A DNA stretch of 32,349 nt. It comes from a virus. Lineage: Duplodnaviria; Heunggongvirae; Uroviricota; Caudoviricetes. Of the stretch, positions 27,953 through 32,349 are shown in pieces. The position numbers and the translations under genes are program-made. Under the pieces are notes generated by a model that was not told the DNA's origin, ran no database searches, and saw nothing but the letters and a program-made list of their open reading frames with translations. Within the stretch, counting starts at the first letter, position 1. The number at the start of each line of letters is the position of its first letter. The DNA lies in IMG/VR virus record IMGVR_UViG_2917865565_000006, positions 1 to 32,349 of that record, one strand, 5' to 3'.

Positions 27953-30392
27953 CAATGTAAAATTACAGGTATTGCTCAGGGCTGTTGACCAGGCATCCCG
28001 CCCGTTTAAATCCATTCGCACAGCGAGTAAGTCGCTGTCGGGGGATATCCGGGAAACACAAAAATCACTGCGCGAGCTGAACGGTCACGCATCCCGTATT
28101 GAGGGATTTCGCAAGACCAGTGCACAGCTTGCCGTGACTGGTCATGCACTTGAAAAGGCGCGGCAGGAAGCCGAAGCCCTTGCCACACAGTTTAAAAATA
28201 CCGAACGACCGACCCGTGCTCAGGCGAAAGTGCTGGAATCCGCAAAGCGTGCGGCGGAGGACTTACAGGCGAAATATAACCGCCTGACGGATTCCGTTAA
28301 ACGCCAGCAGCGGGAACTGGCCGTTGTGGGAATTAATACCCGCAATCTTGCACATGATGAGCAGGGACTGAAAAACCGTATCAGTGAAACCACCGCACAG
28401 CTTAACCGTCAGCGTGACGCGCTGGCGCGTGTCAGTGCGCAACAGGCAAAACTTAACGCAGTCAAACAGCGTTATCAGGCAGGAAAGGAACTGGCCGGAA
28501 ATATGGCCTCAGTGGGCGCTGCCGGTGTGGGGATTGCTGCTGCGGGAACGATGGCCGGAGTTAAGCTGCTGATGCCCGGTTATGAGTTTGCGCAGAAAAA
28601 CTCAGAATTACAGGCTGTGCTCGGAGTGGCAAAAGACTCCACCGAAATGGCCGCACTACGCAAACAGGCGCGCCAGCTCGGCGACAACACCGCCGCCTCA
28701 GCAGATGATGCGGCCGGTGCACAGATAATCATCGCGAAAGCGGGTGGGGATGTTGATGCCATTCAGGCGGCAACGCCGGTCACGCTGAATATGGCGCTGG
28801 CGAACCGTCGCACGATGGAAGAAAACGCCGCCCTGCTGATGGGGATGAAATCCGCCTTTCAGCTTTCAAACGATAAGGTCGCTCATATCGGGGATGTTCT
28901 CTCCATGACGATGAACAAAACCGCCGCCGATTTTGACGGTATGAGCGATGCGCTGACCTATGCCGCACCTGTGGCAAAAAATGCCGGTGTCAGCATTGAA
29001 GAAACCGCCGCAATGGTTGGGGCGCTGCATGATGCAAAAATCACAGGCTCAATGGCGGGGACGGGAAGCCGTGCCGTGTTAAGCCGTCTGCAGGCACCGA
29101 CGGGAAAAGCATGGGATGCACTCAAAGAACTTGGTGTGAAAACCTCAGACAGTAAGGGAAACACCCGGCCAATATTTACCATTCTGAAAGAAATTCAGGC
29201 CAGTTTTGAGAAAAACCGGCTCGGTACTGCCCAGCAGGCTGAATACATGAAAACCATTTTCGGGGAGGAGGCCAGCTCAGCCGCCGCTGTGCTGATGACT
29301 GCCGCCTCAACCGGAAAGCTGGACAAACTGACCGCTGCGTTTAAAGCCTCAGACGGGAAGACCGCAGAGCTGGTAAATATCATGCAGGACAACCTCGGCG
29401 GTGACTTTAAGGAGTTTCAGTCCGCTTATGAGGCGGTGGGGACTGACCTGTTTGACCAGCAGGAAGGCGCACTGCGTAATCTCACGCAGACGGCCACAAA
29501 GTATGTGTTAAAACTCGACGGCTGGATCCAGAAAAACAAATCACTGGCGTCAACCATCGGCATCATTGTCGGTGGTGCACTGGCACTGATTGGTGTCATC
29601 GGTGCCATTGGCCTCGTAGCCTGGCCGGTTATCACCGGCATCAATGCCATCATCGCGGCAGCAGGCGCAATGGGGGCAATCTTCACGACGGTTGGCAGTG
29701 CTGTTATGACCGCCATCGGGGCGATTAGCTGGCCGGTTGTGGCCGTGGTGGCCGCCATTGTCGCCGGGGCGTTGCTTATCCGTAAATACTGGGAGCCTGT
29801 CAGCGCATTCTTTGGCGGTGTGGTGGAAGGGCTGAAAGCGGCATTTGCGCCAGTGGGGGAACTGTTCACGCCACTTAAACCGGTGTTTGACTGGCTGGGT
29901 GAAAAGTTACAGGCCGCGTGGCAGTGGTTTAAAAACCTGATTGCCCCGGTCAAAGCCACCCAGGACACCCTGAACCGTTGCCGTGACACGGGCGTCATGT
30001 TCGGGCAGGCACTGGCTGACGCGCTGATGCTGCCGCTTAATGCGTTCAACAAACTGCGCAGTGGTATTGACTGGGTACTGGAAAAACTCGGTGTTATCAA
30101 CAAAGAGTCAGACACACTTGACCAGACCGCCGCCAGAACTCAAGCCGCCACGTATGGCAGCGGTGGTTATATTCCGGCGACCAGCTCTTATGCAGGTTAT
30201 CAGGCTTATCAGCCGGTCACGGCACCGGCTGGCCGCTCTTATGTAGACCAGAGTAAAAACGAATATCACATCAGCCTGACGGGTGGTACTGCGCCGGGGA
30301 CACAGCTTGACCGCCAGTTACAGGATGCGCTCGAAAAATACGAGCGGGATAAACGTGCGCGCGCCCGTGCCAGCATGATGCATGACGGTTAA
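27945..30392 (+). CDS. T: Tail tape-measure protein gpT (815 aa)
   Basis: Long helical and glycine/alanine-rich ORF; synteny and length match P2 T. Confidence 0.9.
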   Translation: MSNNVKLQVLLRAVDQASRPFKSIRTASKSLSGDIRETQKSLRELNGHASRIEGFRKTSAQLAVTGHALEKARQEAEALATQFKNTERPTRAQAKVLESAKRAAEDLQAKYNRLTDSVKRQQRELAVVGINTRNLAHDEQGLKNRISETTAQLNRQRDALARVSAQQAKLNAVKQRYQAGKELAGNMASVGAAGVGIAAAGTMAGVKLLMPGYEFAQKNSELQAVLGVAKDSTEMAALRKQARQLGDNTAASADDAAGAQIIIAKAGGDVDAIQAATPVTLNMALANRRTMEENAALLMGMKSAFQLSNDKVAHIGDVLSMTMNKTAADFDGMSDALTYAAPVAKNAGVSIEETAAMVGALHDAKITGSMAGTGSRAVLSRLQAPTGKAWDALKELGVKTSDSKGNTRPIFTILKEIQASFEKNRLGTAQQAEYMKTIFGEEASSAAAVLMTAASTGKLDKLTAAFKASDGKTAELVNIMQDNLGGDFKEFQSAYEAVGTDLFDQQEGALRNLTQTATKYVLKLDGWIQKNKSLASTIGIIVGGALALIGVIGAIGLVAWPVITGINAIIAAAGAMGAIFTTVGSAVMTAIGAISWPVVAVVAAIVAGALLIRKYWEPVSAFFGGVVEGLKAAFAPVGELFTPLKPVFDWLGEKLQAAWQWFKNLIAPVKATQDTLNRCRDTGVMFGQALADALMLPLNAFNKLRSGIDWVLEKLGVINKESDTLDQTAARTQAATYGSGGYIPATSSYAGYQAYQPVTAPAGRSYVDQSKNEYHISLTGGTAPGTQLDRQLQDALEKYERDKRARARASMMHDG

Positions 30393-30406
30393 GGAGGTGA
30401 CGAAAA

Positions 30407-30886
30407 ATGATGCTCGCGTTAGGTATGTTTGTTTTTATGCGCCAGACGCTGCCACACCAGACCATGCAGCGTGAATCAGATTATCGCTGGCCGTCAAATT
30501 CCCGTATCGGTAAACGGGATGCCTTTCAGTTTCTCGGTGTTGGCGAGGAAAACATCACGCTTGCCGGTGTGCTTTATCCCGAACTGACCGGCGGAAAGCT
30601 GACGATGACCACGCTCAGGCTGATGGCAGAGGAAGGCCGGGCGTGGCCGTTGCTGGATGGCACCGGCATGATTTACGGCATGTATGTCATCAGCAGGGTG
30701 AGTGAAACAGGGAGTATTTTCTTTGCAGACGGCACACCCCGGAAAATTGATTTTACGCTGTCGCTCACCCGCGTTGATGAATCACTGGCCGCGCTTTATG
30801 GCGATATCGGTAAACAGGCGGAATCGCTCATCGGTAAGGCTGGCAGTATGGCGACTAAATTCACGGGTATGACGGGGGCGGGATAA
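30407..30886 (+). CDS. U: Tail protein gpU (159 aa)
   Basis: Synteny and length match P2 U. Confidence 0.85.
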   Translation: MMLALGMFVFMRQTLPHQTMQRESDYRWPSNSRIGKRDAFQFLGVGEENITLAGVLYPELTGGKLTMTTLRLMAEEGRAWPLLDGTGMIYGMYVISRVSETGSIFFADGTPRKIDFTLSLTRVDESLAALYGDIGKQAESLIGKAGSMATKFTGMTGAG

Positions 30887-32049
30887 TGCTGGATGCGCTG
30901 ACATTTGATGCAGGCAGTACGCTGACGCCGGATTACATGCTGATGCTCGACAGCAGGGATATTACCGGCAATATCAGCGACCGTCTGATGAGCATGACCC
31001 TGACGGATAACCGGGGCTTTGAGGCTGACCAGCTTGATATTGAACTGAACGATGCCGACGGGCAGGTCGGGCTGCCGGTTCGTGGCGCTGTCCTGACGGT
31101 GTATATCGGCTGGAAAGGTTTTGCCCTGGTGTGCAAAGGGAAATTTACCGTTGATGAGGTTGAACACCGGGGCGCGCCGGATGTGGTCACCATCCGCGCC
31201 CGGAGTGCAGATTTTCGCGGGACGCTCAATTCCCGCCGTGAAGGCTCCTGGCATGACACCACGCTCGGTGCGATTGTTGAAGCGATAGCCTCCCGTAACA
31301 GGCTGGAAGCCAGTGTCGCTCCGCCACTGGCCGGAATTAAAATCCCGCACATTGACCAGTCGCAGGAGTCAGATGCGAAATTCCTGACCCGTCTTGCTGA
31401 ACGCAACGGCGGTGAGGTGTCGGTAAAAATGGGAAAACTGTTGTTTCTCAAAGCGGGGCAGGGGGTGACGGCCAGCGGTAAAAAAATCCCGCAGGTCACC
31501 ATAACCCGCAGCGACGGCGACCGCCATCATTTTGCGATTGCTGACCGTGGAGCCTATACCGGCGTAACGGCAAAGTGGTTACACACCAAAGACCCGAAGC
31601 CACAAAAGCAGAAGGTAAAACTGAAACGCAAAAAGAAAGAGAAACACCTGCGCGCACTGGAGCACCCGAAAGCGAAACCAGTCACGCAGAAGAAAGCGCC
31701 AAAAGTACCGGAAGCGCGCGAAGGTGAATACATGGCTGGTGAGGCTGACAACGTTTTTGCCCTGACCACGGTATATGCCACGAAAGCGCAGGCCATGCGC
31801 GCCGCTCAGGCGAAGTGGGATAAGCTGCAACGGGGCGTTGCGGAGTTCTCCATCAGTCTGGCTACCGGTCGGGCAGATATTTACACGGAAACGCCGGTCA
31901 AAGTGTCAGGCTTTAAGCGCGTCATAGACGAGCAGGACTGGACAATCACTAAGGTGACACATTTTCTGAATAATAGCGGCTTCACGACGTCCTTAGAGCT
32001 TGAGGTCAGGCTTTCTGATGTGGAGTACGAAACAGAAGGTGATGAGTGA
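30886..32049 (+). CDS. D: Tail protein gpD (387 aa)
   Basis: Synteny and length match P2 D. Confidence 0.85.
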   Translation: MLDALTFDAGSTLTPDYMLMLDSRDITGNISDRLMSMTLTDNRGFEADQLDIELNDADGQVGLPVRGAVLTVYIGWKGFALVCKGKFTVDEVEHRGAPDVVTIRARSADFRGTLNSRREGSWHDTTLGAIVEAIASRNRLEASVAPPLAGIKIPHIDQSQESDAKFLTRLAERNGGEVSVKMGKLLFLKAGQGVTASGKKIPQVTITRSDGDRHHFAIADRGAYTGVTAKWLHTKDPKPQKQKVKLKRKKKEKHLRALEHPKAKPVTQKKAPKVPEAREGEYMAGEADNVFALTTVYATKAQAMRAAQAKWDKLQRGVAEFSISLATGRADIYTETPVKVSGFKRVIDEQDWTITKVTHFLNNSGFTTSLELEVRLSDVEYETEGDE

Positions 32050-32130
32050 TGTGTTTTATTTATCTGTTTGTTTTATAAGGATAAATTAACTAAAATGGCA
32101 CCGTCAACAAAACCGGAAGAGGTGCTCGCG

Positions 32131-32349
32131 ATGTTTCATTGTCCTTTATGCCAGCATGCCGCACATGCGCGTACAAGCCGCTATATCACTGACACGACAA
32201 AAGAGCGTTATCACCAGTGTCAGAACGTGAATTGCAGCGCCACGTTCATCACCTATGAGTCGGTACAGCGATACATCGTGAAGCCGGGAGAAGTCCACGC
32301 CGTAAGGCCGCACCCGTTGCCGTCAGGGCAGCAAATTATGTGGATGTAA
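32131..32349 (+). CDS. ogr: Late-gene transcriptional activator Ogr (zinc-finger, 72 aa from ATG 32131)
   Basis: CPLCQ...16 aa...CQNVNC four-cysteine motif; GGAAGAGGTG RBS before ATG 32131; last gene before the right prophage end as in P2. Confidence 0.85.
   Translation: MFHCPLCQHAAHARTSRYITDTTKERYHQCQNVNCSATFITYESVQRYIVKPGEVHAVRPHPLPSGQQIMWM

Noticed and set aside
29426-30115. 229-aa minus-strand ORF inside the tape-measure gene T
   Set aside because: Entirely within T, which is intact and of the expected length; low-complexity Ala/Ser/Thr-rich translation is typical of an antisense artefact.
1-32349. CRISPR arrays, tRNA/tmRNA genes, insertion sequences
   Set aside because: No regularly spaced direct repeats, no tRNA-like cloverleaf candidates and no transposase-like ORFs were seen. 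The prophage attachment sites should lie just outside the window.

Overview
The window is an essentially complete P2-like (Peduovirus-type) temperate myovirus prophage of an enterobacterial host, running from the integrase stop (position 1) to the ogr stop (32349). Gene order and most protein lengths match the canonical P2 map: int, C, cox-like, B, orf80-83, A, cos, Q, P (minus strand), then O, N, M, L, X, Y, K, lysA/B/C, R, S, V, W, J, I, H, G, FI, FII, E/E', T, U, D, ogr. Two AT-rich cargo islands interrupt the backbone. The main one (about 6.8-10.6 kb) sits where P2 carries tin/old, between gene A and cos. It encodes a three-gene candidate anti-phage system: an alpha/beta-hydrolase (lipase-like) effector, a small middle protein, and a Rad50/SMC-like ABC ATPase with a CxxC zinc hook, resembling Lamassu / ABC-3C systems. 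A second island (about 1.86-2.76 kb), between the cox-like gene and orf78, holds a convergent gene pair of unknown function. In both islands the long genes are broken by apparent single-base frameshifts at poly-A runs, so they are either decayed or affected by homopolymer sequencing errors. Everything here is read from the sequence and ORF track; no database search was run, and P2 comparisons are from memory.
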